A DNA stretch of 64,000 bases, from the NCBI GenBank assembly GCA_963704885.1, contig CAVPIB010000001.1, positions 192,001-256,000 on the forward strand, written 5' to 3'. The notes beneath the pieces are model-generated. The model made no database searches, was not told the DNA's origin, and saw only the letters and a list, made by a program, of their open reading frames with translations. Below, piece by piece: positions 11,541 through 21,029 of the stretch. How positions within the stretch are numbered: the first letter of the stretch is position 1; the number at the start of each line of letters is the position of its first letter. The stretch comes from an uncultured Actinomycetes bacterium. GTDB lineage: Bacteria; Actinomycetota; UBA4738; HRBIN12. The position numbers and the translations under genes were made by a program.

Positions 11541-13988
11541 ATGTCACAGAACCTGTTCGCCGGCCGCATCGAGGACATCCAACTCGAAGACGAGATCCAG
11601 AGCTCGTACCTGGACTACGCGATGTCGGTCATCGTGGGCCGGGCGCTTCCCGACGTCCGCGACGGGCTCAAGCCGGTCCACAAGCGGATCCTGTGGGCCA
11701 TGCTCGAGGCTGGGTACCGCCCAGACCGCCCACATCGCAAGTCTGCCGCGGTGATCGGCGACGTGTTGAAGAAGTACCACCCGCACGGCGACCAATCCGT
11801 GTACGACGCCCTTGTCCGCATGGCGCAAGATTGGTCGCTGCGCTACCCGCTGGTCGACGGCCACGGTAACTTCGGTTCGGTCGACGGTGATCCGGCCGCT
11901 GCATATAGATACACGGAAGCGCGTCTCGCGCCCATGGCGATGGAGATGCTGCGCGACATCGAGGCCGAAACCGTCGACTTCGTCCCGAACTTCGACGGAT
12001 ACGAACAGCAGCCGGTCGTCCTGCCCAGCAGGTTCCCGAACCTGTTGGTGAACGGCTCGGGCGGGATCGCCGTCGGTATGGCCACGAACATCCCCCCGCA
12101 CAACCTCGGCGAGACGATCGACGCGGTCGTGCACTTCCTGGACAACCCCGACGCGACCCCCGGCGACCTCATGAAGTTCATCAAGGGGCCCGACTTCCCG
12201 ACCGGCGCCACGATCATGGGGCGCCAGGGCATCAAGGACATCTACGAGACCGGTCGCGGCTCGATCAAGGTCCGGGCCGTGACGCAGGTGGAGGAAGGCG
12301 CGAACGGCCGCTCGAAGATCGTCGTGACCGAGCTGCCCTACCAGGTCAACAAGGCGCGCCTCGCGGAGAAGATCGCCGACCTCGTGAAACTCGGCCGGCT
12401 GAAGGACATCGCCGACCTCAAGGACGAGTCCAACCGCGAGGGCATGCGGTTGGTCATCGAGTGCAAGCGCGCCGCGAACCCGCAGGTCCTGTTGAACCAG
12501 CTCTACAAGACGACCCAGCTACAGGAATCGTTCGGCGCCATCATGCTCGCGCTCGTCGATGGCGTACCGCGCACGCTGAACCTGGCCGAGATGGTCGGCT
12601 ACTACGTCGATCACCAGGTGGACGTCGTCACCCGGCGCACCCAGTACCTGCTGCGCAAGGCCGAGGATCGCGACCACATCGTCCTGGGGCTGCTGATCGC
12701 GCTCGATCATCTCGACGAGGTCATCGCCATCATCCGGGCCTCGCAGGACGCCGAGGCTGCGCGGAAGCGTCTGATGACGAAGTTCAAGCTGTCCGAGATA
12801 CAGGCGAACCACATCCTGGACATGCCGCTGCGGCGCCTCACCAAGCTCGCGCGGACCGAGCTCGAGGATGAGCACAAGAAGCTGCTCGAGGACATCGATT
12901 ACTTCAACAGCCTGCTGAAGGATCCGAAGCTCCTGCGCGGCGTCATCAAGGAAGAGATCCTCGAGATCCGCAAGAAGCACGCCGATGGGCGGCGCACGAA
13001 GATCATGGCCGACGAAGGCGACCTCGACATCGAGGACCTGATCGCCGAAGAGGACGTGATCATCACGGTCAGCCGCGCCGGCTACGTGAAGCGGCTGCCG
13101 GTCGACGCGTTCAAGCGGCAACTCCGCGGCGGCAAAGGAGTGCGCGGCCAGAACCTCAAGGAAGAGGACGTCGTCAAGCACGTGTTCACGACGACCACGC
13201 ATCACTGGATGCTGTTCTTCACCACGAAGGGGCGGGTGTACCGCTTGAAGGCCCACAGCATCCCGGAATCGGGCCGGACGGCGCGGGGCCTCTACGCCGC
13301 GAACCTGCCCGGGGTCGCGCTCGACGGCGACGAGCGCATCAGCGCGGTGATCGACCTCAAGGAGTACTCGGAAGGCGAGTACCTGCTCTTCGCCACCCGC
13401 AACGGCATCGTGAAGAAGACCAAGCTGCCCGAGTACGACTCGCCGCGCACCGGTCTCATCGCGATCAACCTCCGCCAGGATGACGAGCTGATCGACGTGA
13501 AGCTCACGGACGGCAAGGACGAGATCTTCCTCGTCTCGCGCAAGGGGCAGGCGATCCGATTCAAGGAGTCGCTCGCCCGCCCGATGGGTCGCGGGACGGG
13601 TGGCGTCATCGGGATGCGGCTGGGTGAAGACGACCGGGTGATCGTGGTCGGCCTGGCATCCGACGGCGAGGAGATGATCAGCGTGACCGAGCAGGGCTAC
13701 GGCAAGCGCTCGAAGCTCGCCGACTATCCGCCCAAAGGGCGCGGTGGCAAGGGCGTGATCGGCCACCAGCTCACCAAGAAGACAGGGCTGCTCGCGGGCG
13801 CGTACATCGGCTCGAAAGACATCGACATGTTCGTGATCTCGTCGAGCGGACAGGTGGTTCGCGTTCCGGCCGGCGACATCCGCCGGGTCGGTCGAGCAAG
13901 CCAGGGCGTGCGAACGATGCGGGTCGAGGAGGGTGCCACGGTCGTTGCGCTGGCGCCGGTGATCATCCAGATGGACGAAGAGGAGTAG
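11541..13988 (+). CDS. gyrA: DNA gyrase subunit A
   Basis: YHPHGD, AAAYRYTE, GyrA-box QLRGGKG, C-terminal pinwheel repeats. Confidence 0.97.
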   Translation: MSQNLFAGRIEDIQLEDEIQSSYLDYAMSVIVGRALPDVRDGLKPVHKRILWAMLEAGYRPDRPHRKSAAVIGDVLKKYHPHGDQSVYDALVRMAQDWSLRYPLVDGHGNFGSVDGDPAAAYRYTEARLAPMAMEMLRDIEAETVDFVPNFDGYEQQPVVLPSRFPNLLVNGSGGIAVGMATNIPPHNLGETIDAVVHFLDNPDATPGDLMKFIKGPDFPTGATIMGRQGIKDIYETGRGSIKVRAVTQVEEGANGRSKIVVTELPYQVNKARLAEKIADLVKLGRLKDIADLKDESNREGMRLVIECKRAANPQVLLNQLYKTTQLQESFGAIMLALVDGVPRTLNLAEMVGYYVDHQVDVVTRRTQYLLRKAEDRDHIVLGLLIALDHLDEVIAIIRASQDAEAARKRLMTKFKLSEIQANHILDMPLRRLTKLARTELEDEHKKLLEDIDYFNSLLKDPKLLRGVIKEEILEIRKKHADGRRTKIMADEGDLDIEDLIAEEDVIITVSRAGYVKRLPVDAFKRQLRGGKGVRGQNLKEEDVVKHVFTTTTHHWMLFFTTKGRVYRLKAHSIPESGRTARGLYAANLPGVALDGDERISAVIDLKEYSEGEYLLFATRNGIVKKTKLPEYDSPRTGLIAINLRQDDELIDVKLTDGKDEIFLVSRKGQAIRFKESLARPMGRGTGGVIGMRLGEDDRVIVVGLASDGEEMISVTEQGYGKRSKLADYPPKGRGGKGVIGHQLTKKTGLLAGAYIGSKDIDMFVISSSGQVVRVPAGDIRRVGRASQGVRTMRVEEGATVVALAPVIIQMDEEE

Positions 13989-15210
13989 CGGGCTCGGCGG
14001 TTTCGGGCAGCCGGACCTTCTTGAACGTCCGCCAGAGCAGCAGGTCGTAGACGCACTTCACCGCCCCGGCCACGACGAACGGCGCGCCCACGGCCACGTT
14101 CTGCATGAGGGCGGCGCCGATCGCGGGTCCGAACGGCCTTGCCACGTATCGCGATGTGTTGGTGAACGCCGCCGCCGCCGCCCGCTCCTGCGGGTCGACC
14201 ATGGCCGCGATGTAGGCCTGCCGGGTGGGAACGTCCATCTGCGACAGCGCGAACCGAGCGAGCAACACGGCGATCGCCAGCTCCAGCGTGGGCATGAAGG
14301 GCACGAGCGCGAGCAGCACGTTCGACGGCAGGTGGGAGAAGACCATGGTGTTCAGCAGGCCGAACCGCGAGCCTATACGTGCTGCCACGATCGACGAGCC
14401 CGCCTGCAGCAGCCCTCCTGCGAACACCACGACGCTCATGAGCTGCGGCGACGCGCCGAACGTGCGCTCGAACCAGAACACGATGAACGTCATGACCACG
14501 AAGCCGCCCGCGAACGCGTCCAGCGCGAAGAGCGAGCTCAGCTTCAGGACGTTCGAGCGAGAGCGCTGTAGAGGTCGCTGAGCATCGGCCGTTCCGCCAG
14601 CCTCGATGCCCAGGGACAATCTACGAACTAGTATGAGACAGACTAGTGCGCCGACGGGGAACAGCAGGAGCCATCGCTGATCGTTTGGCGCGCCGTGCCA
14701 GACGTCGCGCAGGAACGCCGGACCCCCCGCTGCCAGGGCGCCGACGGCGCCCGCCAGATATGCGATCGCGTTGTATCGGCCGAACACTCGGATCCGGACA
14801 TCGGATGGTGCCTGACCGATCATGGCCTGTTCGAGCGACGTGATCGGCCCCGATTCGTTCGCGTCCGTCGACATCATGCCGGTGAGCGCGACGAGGATCA
14901 GGACTGCCAGCGCGTCGGTGAGCGCGAAGACCGCGCCAGCCAGCCCGAAGGCCACCAGGAGTGCCGCGTACAGCCGCCGCCGCCCGATGCGCTCGGCGAA
15001 GATGCCAACGCCGATGGTGGCCAGCGCCATACCCACGAGCATCGCGGTGAACACCAGTCCCACCTGGGCGTCGGAGAGATCGCTGGAGGCGAACGCCGTC
15101 GCCAGCACCACCGTTGCGAAACCGTAGAGCGCGGCTCTGATCGCTTGGACCCACAGCAGCCGTCGCAGGTCGCGTTCGATGCCCTCCGCGGACGGTTCCG
15201 TGCTGTTCAC
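13963..15210 (-). CDS. MFS transporter
   Basis: About 12 hydrophobic segments, AERIGRRR motif A; 3' end overlaps the gyrA 3' end by 26 nt. Confidence 0.88.
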   Translation of the reverse strand: MNSTEPSAEGIERDLRRLLWVQAIRAALYGFATVVLATAFASSDLSDAQVGLVFTAMLVGMALATIGVGIFAERIGRRRLYAALLVAFGLAGAVFALTDALAVLILVALTGMMSTDANESGPITSLEQAMIGQAPSDVRIRVFGRYNAIAYLAGAVGALAAGGPAFLRDVWHGAPNDQRWLLLFPVGALVCLILVRRLSLGIEAGGTADAQRPLQRSRSNVLKLSSLFALDAFAGGFVVMTFIVFWFERTFGASPQLMSVVVFAGGLLQAGSSIVAARIGSRFGLLNTMVFSHLPSNVLLALVPFMPTLELAIAVLLARFALSQMDVPTRQAYIAAMVDPQERAAAAAFTNTSRYVARPFGPAIGAALMQNVAVGAPFVVAGAVKCVYDLLLWRTFKKVRLPETAEPATPLRPSG

Positions 15211-15310
15211 GTCCGCACGATAGCCCCAAGTCTGGGGCCGTTCGGCACACCCGTCGACCCGAGGGTGCTTGCCCCGGCGGGTGCGTACCCTTAGAAAGCT
15301 TGGAGAGGAG

Positions 15311-15796
15311 ATGGCTCAAACGATCGAGGACCCCACCCCACCGCCCGCTGCTGCGTCGCCGGAGCCTTCGTCGACGCCTGCTTCTGCTACCCCGCCGGTC
15401 ACGCCCGGCCGTGCCTCGATCCATGCGGCGCCCCGTCGCACGCGGGTCGTGGTCCGTAAGGTAGGGCCGCTCTCGGTCCTCAAGTTCTCGCTGATCTTCT
15501 ACTTCTGCGTGATGCTGATCGTGTACTTCGCGCTCATGATCATCTACTGGGTCTTGAACACGGTCGGCGCTATCGACTCAACCGGCAGGTTGCTGGGGTA
15601 CGTGTTCGCAACCGGGACCGCCGAGAGCTCGGAGCCGGTCGAGATCAGGTTCGGGATCTTGTTCACCTGGTTGTTCCTGGTAGGTCTGGCGAACGTCGTC
15701 CTGTGGTCGCTCGTGAACGTCTTCGTGGCGTTCCTCTACAACCTGATCAGCGATGTCGTGGGCGGCATCGAAGTGACGCTCGCCCAGAAGCGCTGA
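15311..15796 (+). CDS. DUF3566 membrane protein (Rv0007-like)
   Basis: VRKVGPLSVLKFSL...AFLYNLISDVVGGIEVTL; gyrA-tRNA-Ile position; RBS GGAGAGGAG. Confidence 0.88.
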   Translation: MAQTIEDPTPPPAAASPEPSSTPASATPPVTPGRASIHAAPRRTRVVVRKVGPLSVLKFSLIFYFCVMLIVYFALMIIYWVLNTVGAIDSTGRLLGYVFATGTAESSEPVEIRFGILFTWLFLVGLANVVLWSLVNVFVAFLYNLISDVVGGIEVTLAQKR

Positions 15797-15799
15797 GGT

Positions 15800-15829
15800 T
15801 TGACACCCTTTCCCGACCGTGACTACGCT
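15800..15829 (+). promoter_or_regulatory. Promoter for tRNA-Ile
   Basis: TTGACA-N18-TACGCT 30 nt upstream of the tRNA. Confidence 0.7.
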
Positions 15830-15858
15830 GGCGAAGGGCCACGGGCCCCGTCCGACCA

Positions 15859-15933
15859 GGGCCTGTAGCTCAGCTCGGTTAGAGCGCTTCCCTGATAAGG
15901 AAGAGGTCGATGGTTCAAGTCCATCCAGGCCCA
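15859..15933 (+). tRNA. tRNA-Ile(GAT)
   Basis: GGGCCTG/CAGGCCC acceptor stem, CTTCC-CTGATAA-GGAAG anticodon arm, TTCAAGT T-loop; CCA not encoded. Confidence 0.97.
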
Positions 15934-15956
15934 CTCCCGGAAGGAGGGCTTCTCAC

Positions 15957-16133
15957 ATGGCGGATGACTCCGACGTGAAGGAAGAGAAGAAGGGCGGTTT
16001 CTTCAGGAAGCTGTTCAAGTTGGCGTTCGTCGCTGCGATCATCGCGGCGGTCGCGGCGGTCTTCAAGCGCCGTCGCGGCAGCGATGTGGACGACGTCGAG
16101 TGGCAGGAGCTGCCACCCCCCGCGGGCGGATAG
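15957..16133 (+). CDS. Small single-TM protein (DLW-39-like, after tRNA-Ile)
   Basis: RBS AAGGAGG; MADDSD...KLAFVAAIIAAVAAVFKRRR...DVEWQE. Confidence 0.75.
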   Translation: MADDSDVKEEKKGGFFRKLFKLAFVAAIIAAVAAVFKRRRGSDVDDVEWQELPPPAGG

Positions 16134-16159
16134 GTTCGCCCGAAACACGTCCGACGTAC

Positions 16160-16186
16160 GAGAGCCCGTGCGAAGCACGGGCTCTC
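16160..16186 (+). terminator. Strong hairpin, probable terminator (no U tract)
   Basis: GAGAGCCCGTGC-GAA-GCACGGGCTCTC, 12-bp perfect stem. Confidence 0.65.
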
Positions 16187-16218
16187 GGCGTCCCGGGACC
16201 CGGCGCTAGACTCCGCCG

Positions 16219-17028
16219 ATGGAGGCGTGGCAGGAAGCGAACGACGCCGCGGCGGCCGCCGGCGTCGAGCTCCGGTCGTTGAGCACCGTCGAGGATGCAG
16301 ACCGCCTCTTAGGCGTCATGATCGCCACATGGGGCGAGCATCAGCTGGTCCCGCGCGAGATGATCAGGGCCTTCGCAGAGAGCGGTAATATCTCGTGGGG
16401 CGCCTGGGACGGCGACCGATTGATCGGCTACGTGCTGGGCTGGGCCGGAGTAACGCCCGGGGACGGCCTTCACACGCACTCCCACATGCTGGCAGCGCTT
16501 CCCGATAGGCGCCACAGGGGCGTCGGCTACGCGCTCAAGCTGGCCCAGAGGGCGCAATGCCTGGATCAGGGCATCACCCTCGTTCGATGGACGTTCGACC
16601 CGTTGTTGTCGCGGAACGCGCACTTCAACCTGACCAAGCTCGGTGCTAGTGCGGATCGGTTCCTACCCAATGAGTACGGCGAGATGACCGACATCCAGAA
16701 CGCGGGGGACCGAAGCGATCGGTTGATGGTTCGATGGGAGCTGGATCGAGGGCCGCGCGGCGCCCCCGTCTTGGACCCGCACCTTGTCCTACGTCGGGAG
16801 GGCGAGGATCCGGATCTGCCGGTTCCATCGGACGTTCATCCACCCGACGGTCCGGCGGCGGTCATCCAGATCCCGCGCGAGTACCACGAACTCCGTGAGC
16901 GCGACCGGGATCTAGCCGACGGTTGGCGCCTGGCCTCGGCGACGGCCTTCTCGCTGTGTTTCGATGCTGGCTTGATCGCCACGGCGTTCATACCCGATTC
17001 GACCTACGTCCTCACGCGCGAGCCATGA
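16219..17028 (+). CDS. GNAT-family acyltransferase (probable D-amino-acid N-succinyltransferase type)
   Basis: HSHMLA...RHRGVGYALKLAQR...WTFDPL..RNAHFN.KLGA; ATGA-coupled to the NSAR/OSBS gene. Confidence 0.8.
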   Translation: MEAWQEANDAAAAAGVELRSLSTVEDADRLLGVMIATWGEHQLVPREMIRAFAESGNISWGAWDGDRLIGYVLGWAGVTPGDGLHTHSHMLAALPDRRHRGVGYALKLAQRAQCLDQGITLVRWTFDPLLSRNAHFNLTKLGASADRFLPNEYGEMTDIQNAGDRSDRLMVRWELDRGPRGAPVLDPHLVLRREGEDPDLPVPSDVHPPDGPAAVIQIPREYHELRERDRDLADGWRLASATAFSLCFDAGLIATAFIPDSTYVLTREP

Positions 17029-18134
17029 CCAAGGTCACCGACATCGAGCTCCGCCTGATCGGGCTGCCGCTGAAGAGCCCGTTCCGAACCAGCTTCGGCG
17101 TGGAGACCGAGAAGGTGTGCGTCTTGGCCCGGATCGCGACGGAGGAGTCTGAGGGTTGGGGTGAATGTGTGGCCGGGCCAGACCCCGGCTTCTCCGAAGA
17201 GTGGAACGAGAGCGCCTGGTTGGTGATCCGAGACTTCCTGGCACCCGCGCTCTTCGCGGCTGGAGACGTGACCATCGACGACGTGGATCGGGTGCTGGGG
17301 AGTGTTCGCGGGAACCCCATGGCCAAGGCGACGGTGATCGACGCGTTCCTGGACGCGGAGCTGAGGGCCCAGGGGCTTTCCCTCGCTGAGCATCTGGGCG
17401 CCGACAGGGATCGCGTGCCTTGCGGTGTGTCCATAGGGATCGCCGACACCACCGTCGAGCTGCTCGAGCGGGTGGAGAGGTACCTGGGCGACGGCTATCA
17501 GCGGATCAAGCTGAAGATCGAACCCGGCCGGGACGTCGAGCGCGTCGGAGCGGTTCGAGCCGCCCACCCGGACATCCTGCTCTCGGTCGACGCGAATGCC
17601 GCGTACACGCTCGAGGACGTCGGCGTCTTCAAGGCGCTCGACGAGTTCGGCCTGTTGATGATCGAGCAGCCGCTGCATCAGGACGACCTGTTCCAGCACG
17701 CCGCACTTCAATCGCAGATCCGAAGCGACATCTGTCTTGACGAATCGATCCGAACTGCGGCCGACGCCTCGGCGGCGATCGAGCTGGGGGCGTGCCGCAT
17801 CGTGAACATCAAACAGGGACGAGTCGGTGGGGTCCCGGAGGCCCGGCGGATCCACGACGTGGCGCGCGCCTTGGGCGTTCCCGTGTGGTGCGGGGGAATG
17901 CTCGAGACCGGGATCGGACGGGCCACGAACCTCGCGCTGGCCTCGATGCCGGGCTTCAACCTCCCCGGCGACACGAGCGCATCCAACCGGTACTTCACCG
18001 ACGACATCACCGAGCCGTTCGTGGTGGATCCCGACGGGACCATGGCCGTTCCCACGGGGCCGGGGATCGGCGTGACCCCACGCCTCGATCGCTTGGAAGC
18101 CTGCACGATCCGCACCGAGACGCTGAGGCGATAG
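17025..18134 (+). CDS. menC: o-succinylbenzoate synthase / N-succinylamino acid racemase (enolase superfamily)
   Basis: RIKLKI (KxK), VDAN, IEQP, LDES, NIKQGRVGG, WCGGMLETG. Confidence 0.85.
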   Translation: MTKVTDIELRLIGLPLKSPFRTSFGVETEKVCVLARIATEESEGWGECVAGPDPGFSEEWNESAWLVIRDFLAPALFAAGDVTIDDVDRVLGSVRGNPMAKATVIDAFLDAELRAQGLSLAEHLGADRDRVPCGVSIGIADTTVELLERVERYLGDGYQRIKLKIEPGRDVERVGAVRAAHPDILLSVDANAAYTLEDVGVFKALDEFGLLMIEQPLHQDDLFQHAALQSQIRSDICLDESIRTAADASAAIELGACRIVNIKQGRVGGVPEARRIHDVARALGVPVWCGGMLETGIGRATNLALASMPGFNLPGDTSASNRYFTDDITEPFVVDPDGTMAVPTGPGIGVTPRLDRLEACTIRTETLRR

Positions 18135-18227
18135 CTCGCGCTTCCTTCTCCGCGCTGCTTGAGCCGGCCCCCAACACGCGCGACGATAGCCGGACGCCGC
18201 GAGCTCGTTGCTGCGGCGTCTCAAACG

Positions 18228-18788
18228 ATGAAGAAACGTGTGGTCCGCGCGGAGGAGTTCGAGGTCGTCGACGAGAGCGGCGGCGTTCGACTGCGCATCG
18301 GCCTGGGCAACGACGACTCGCCCTTCTTCTCCATGCTCGATCCTGCCGGTCAGGTTCGCGCCCGCTTCGGTCTGTCCTCCGACGGGTCGGCGGGCCTCGC
18401 GATCGGCGACGACAACGGCAAGGTCCGCGCGACGCTTGGACTTTCGTCGGATGGATCGGCCAGCCTGGCGTTCGGCGACAAGAACGGACGGATCCGCGCC
18501 AAGTTCGGTCTGGCGCCGGAGGCCTCGCCCACGTTGGGCATGCAGGTCCGAAGCGGCGAACTGCATCAGGTCTACAGCCTGGCCGAACAGGGATCACCGA
18601 CGATGGGCCTGTACGACAAGGCCGGAAAGGTCCGGGTGAGGCTGGGCCTGGCCGCCGAAGGCTCGCCGGTGCTCCGGCTACTCGATCACGAGGGCGAGCT
18701 GCGGGCCGTGGTCGGCCTGGCCGGTGACGGCAGCCCGTTCATCCAGTTCATGGATGAACAGAAGGCGCCCACCTGGACGATGCGATGA
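18228..18788 (+). CDS. Hypothetical protein built of about 7-8 tandem 23-aa beta repeats
   Basis: Repeat consensus P.L.L.D..G.VR..LGL..DGS; ATGA-coupled to the mauD-like gene. Confidence 0.8.
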   Translation: MKKRVVRAEEFEVVDESGGVRLRIGLGNDDSPFFSMLDPAGQVRARFGLSSDGSAGLAIGDDNGKVRATLGLSSDGSASLAFGDKNGRIRAKFGLAPEASPTLGMQVRSGELHQVYSLAEQGSPTMGLYDKAGKVRVRLGLAAEGSPVLRLLDHEGELRAVVGLAGDGSPFIQFMDEQKAPTWTMR

Positions 18789-19294
18789 CGGGGTGGTGGG
18801 CCGCGGCGTTCGTGGCCCAGTGGCTCCTGGTCCTCGTGCTTGCAGTGGTGATCGTTGCGCTTGCCCGTCAGGTGGGAACACTCCATCTGCGTCTCGGGCC
18901 TCGTGGCGCCCTGGAGGTTGACTCCGAGGGCCCCGCGTTGGGCGAGGCGCCGCCCCCCACACCGGGGATCGACGCCTCAGGCGCGCGCGTGCTGGTCGGC
19001 GGTCCCGGCCCGGGGCGCCTGATCCTGTTCTCGTCTCCTTCGTGTCCGATCTGTCAGGACGTGGCGCCTGGGATCCCCGCCGCCGCCGCCGCCGTGCGGA
19101 TGGCCCCGATGGTGCTGCACGACCCCGAGCTGGAACACGTCTACGGAGTGCCGGGGACCCCGTTCCTCCTGGTGATGGACGAGTTCGGCGTGGTCCGCGC
19201 GAAGGGGACCGTGAACAACCTCGAACAGGTCGAGGGTCTGGTGGATACGGCGCTTCGCCGCATCGAGGAGGTGCCGGAGCGACGGGCAAGCTGA
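18785..19294 (+). CDS. MauD-like membrane-anchored thioredoxin-fold protein
   Basis: N-terminal TM, LARQVGTLHLRLGPRGAL, SPSCPIC (CxxC), GTPF, AKGTVNNLEQVEGL. Confidence 0.85.
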   Translation: MTGWWAAAFVAQWLLVLVLAVVIVALARQVGTLHLRLGPRGALEVDSEGPALGEAPPPTPGIDASGARVLVGGPGPGRLILFSSPSCPICQDVAPGIPAAAAAVRMAPMVLHDPELEHVYGVPGTPFLLVMDEFGVVRAKGTVNNLEQVEGLVDTALRRIEEVPERRAS

Positions 19295-19818
19295 TCGCGA
19301 TCGAGCGGGCGGAACGGACCCTCGCGCGGCGAACCAGCCGGCGAGGGTTCCTTGGGAAACTGGGCCGCGGCGTGGTCGCCTTGGCCGGCGGCGGCGTGGT
19401 CGCCACGGCCCTCGCGCCGGGACGGGCCTCGGCGCACCACATCTGCGGGCATCTGTACACGACCGAGTCCTGCCCGCATCCGTTCGGCAAGCTCGCGAGA
19501 ACAGACAACTTCGGTTACCCGGTCCATCCGGTATATGGCTATCCCGTGGACGATGAGGGCGCGGTCTACTCCGATCCAGCGGCGCAGGTCAGGAGCAAGG
19601 TCTGTCAGCAGATCGTGCCGTCGCTCTATCACTTCGTGAAGAACCCTCGCTACGGCGGAGGCTGGACGCGGTGCTGCAACGGCCGTCTGCGCCACATCCA
19701 GGACTGCTGCTCGACCTCTCGGATCCGGATCAACGGCGACTATTCGGTGACCGGCTACTGCCCGACGCGGTTGCGCGTCTTCTGCATCACGTATCGCGAG
19801 TTAGAGGGCACGTGCTAG
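19291..19818 (+). CDS. Tat-exported Cys-rich protein, MauA (amine dehydrogenase light chain)-like; start probably non-canonical CTG
   Basis: TSRRGFL Tat motif, ASA cleavage site, 10 Cys in the mature part including W..CC and DCC; single Trp. Confidence 0.75.
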   Translation: MIAIERAERTLARRTSRRGFLGKLGRGVVALAGGGVVATALAPGRASAHHICGHLYTTESCPHPFGKLARTDNFGYPVHPVYGYPVDDEGAVYSDPAAQVRSKVCQQIVPSLYHFVKNPRYGGGWTRCCNGRLRHIQDCCSTSRIRINGDYSVTGYCPTRLRVFCITYRELEGTC

Positions 19819-21029
19819 ACGGTTCGTTGGTGGTGGCCCTGGTCGTCGCCTCTGCGGTCGCCGGCTGGTCGGCCCTCCACGGACCCTGAGGTCTGTCGAT
19901 GGTGGAGACCATCACCCCCGTGGTCCACGGGGGACGCGCGCGGTGGCTGAGCACGTTGGTGCTGCATACGCTCGGGGCCGCTGTCACGGCGGGCGTGTTC
20001 GGCGCGGCGCTCGGGTGGGTCGGTGGACTCCTGGGCGCGCCCTGGGGGCGACCCGGTCTGGTAGTCCTCGCGGCTTTCGCCGCCGCATATGGGCTCGCCG
20101 AGCTCTCACGACGCGGCCGGCTCCCCATCCCGCAGCTCCGCCGACAGGTTCCTGATTGGTGGCGAACCTTCTTCGGCCGACAGGTGGCCGCCGTCCTTTA
20201 TGGCGCGGGCCTTGGGATCGGGTTCTTCACGTACCTCGCAGAGGGAACCCTCGTCGTCGTGACGTTCGCGGCGCTCGCCAGTGGACGTCCGGAGGTGGGC
20301 GCGCTGTTGATGGCGCCGTTCGGACTGGTGCGAGGGCTCTCGGCCGCCGTAGCCTGGCGATCGGATACGCCCGAACGGAGCCGGGCGCTGGTCGACCGGC
20401 TGGTATCGGCGCCCGAGCGCCGCAGGAAGGTAGCGAACGCACTCGCTCTGGCGGCGATCGTGGTCACGGGCGCCGTGGCCGCGATCCAGACGCCGCGCGG
20501 CGGCTGGCAGGTCTTGGGGGCAGCGGCGCTGGCCGCGGTCTTCTCGTGGAGCGCGGCATCGAAGCTGCTCCCCACCGCGCGATGGCGTCGGGCGCTGGCT
20601 GCCCACCGGCTCCCGGGCGTCGTGGAGCGGATCGCCTCGTGGTCTGTGCCGGTCGGTGAGGCGTTGGTGCCCGTGCTGGTTGTTCTCGGGTATCCGCGCG
20701 TGGGCGCTGCCTGGGCGCTGGTGCTCATGGGTATGTTCTCGATCGAGCTGGTCCGCGTTCGCGGCCTGGTGGGTGTGCGCGTGCCGTGTGGGTGCTTCGG
20801 GGGACGGGGGACCGTCGATGTCCGGCACGCGTTGTTCCGCAACGCCGGGCTCGCCGGGCTCGCGGTGTTCGTCCTCGTTCTCGGGGTCGACCGCGCCGCC
20901 TCGTGGTGGCCGGAGGTTCCAGGCAGAGCGGATCTGGTGCCGCTCCTCGTTGCGGCCAGCGCCGTCTCGGCGGCTATGCTGACGGCCTGGCGGGCGTCTT
21001 CTTGGCTGGCCAAAGGCAGGGGGGCATGA
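19812..21029 (+). CDS. MauF-like/MauE fusion membrane protein with in-frame TGA at 19887-19889 (candidate Sec)
   Basis: GTG 19812 frame reads MLDGSLVVALVVASAVAGWSALHGP*GLSMVETITP; RQVP..W, YGAGLGIGFFTY (MauF/DsbD-like); C-terminal MauE domain with PCGCFGG...RN. Confidence 0.75.

Noticed and set aside
14617-14648. Short AT-richer patch with two ACTAGT sites inside the MFS gene
   Set aside because: It stays in frame and encodes a normal hydrophobic segment; no insertion hallmarks.
19042-19290. GTG 19042 as start of the Tat protein
   Set aside because: It would overlap mauD by about 250 nt with low-complexity off-frame sequence and put the RR motif about 100 aa from the N-terminus.
19899-21029. 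ATG 19899 as start of the MauF-MauE protein
   Set aside because: No SD, the ATG is buried in a hairpin, and it would drop the in-frame TM helix and P-x-G motif; not fully excluded.
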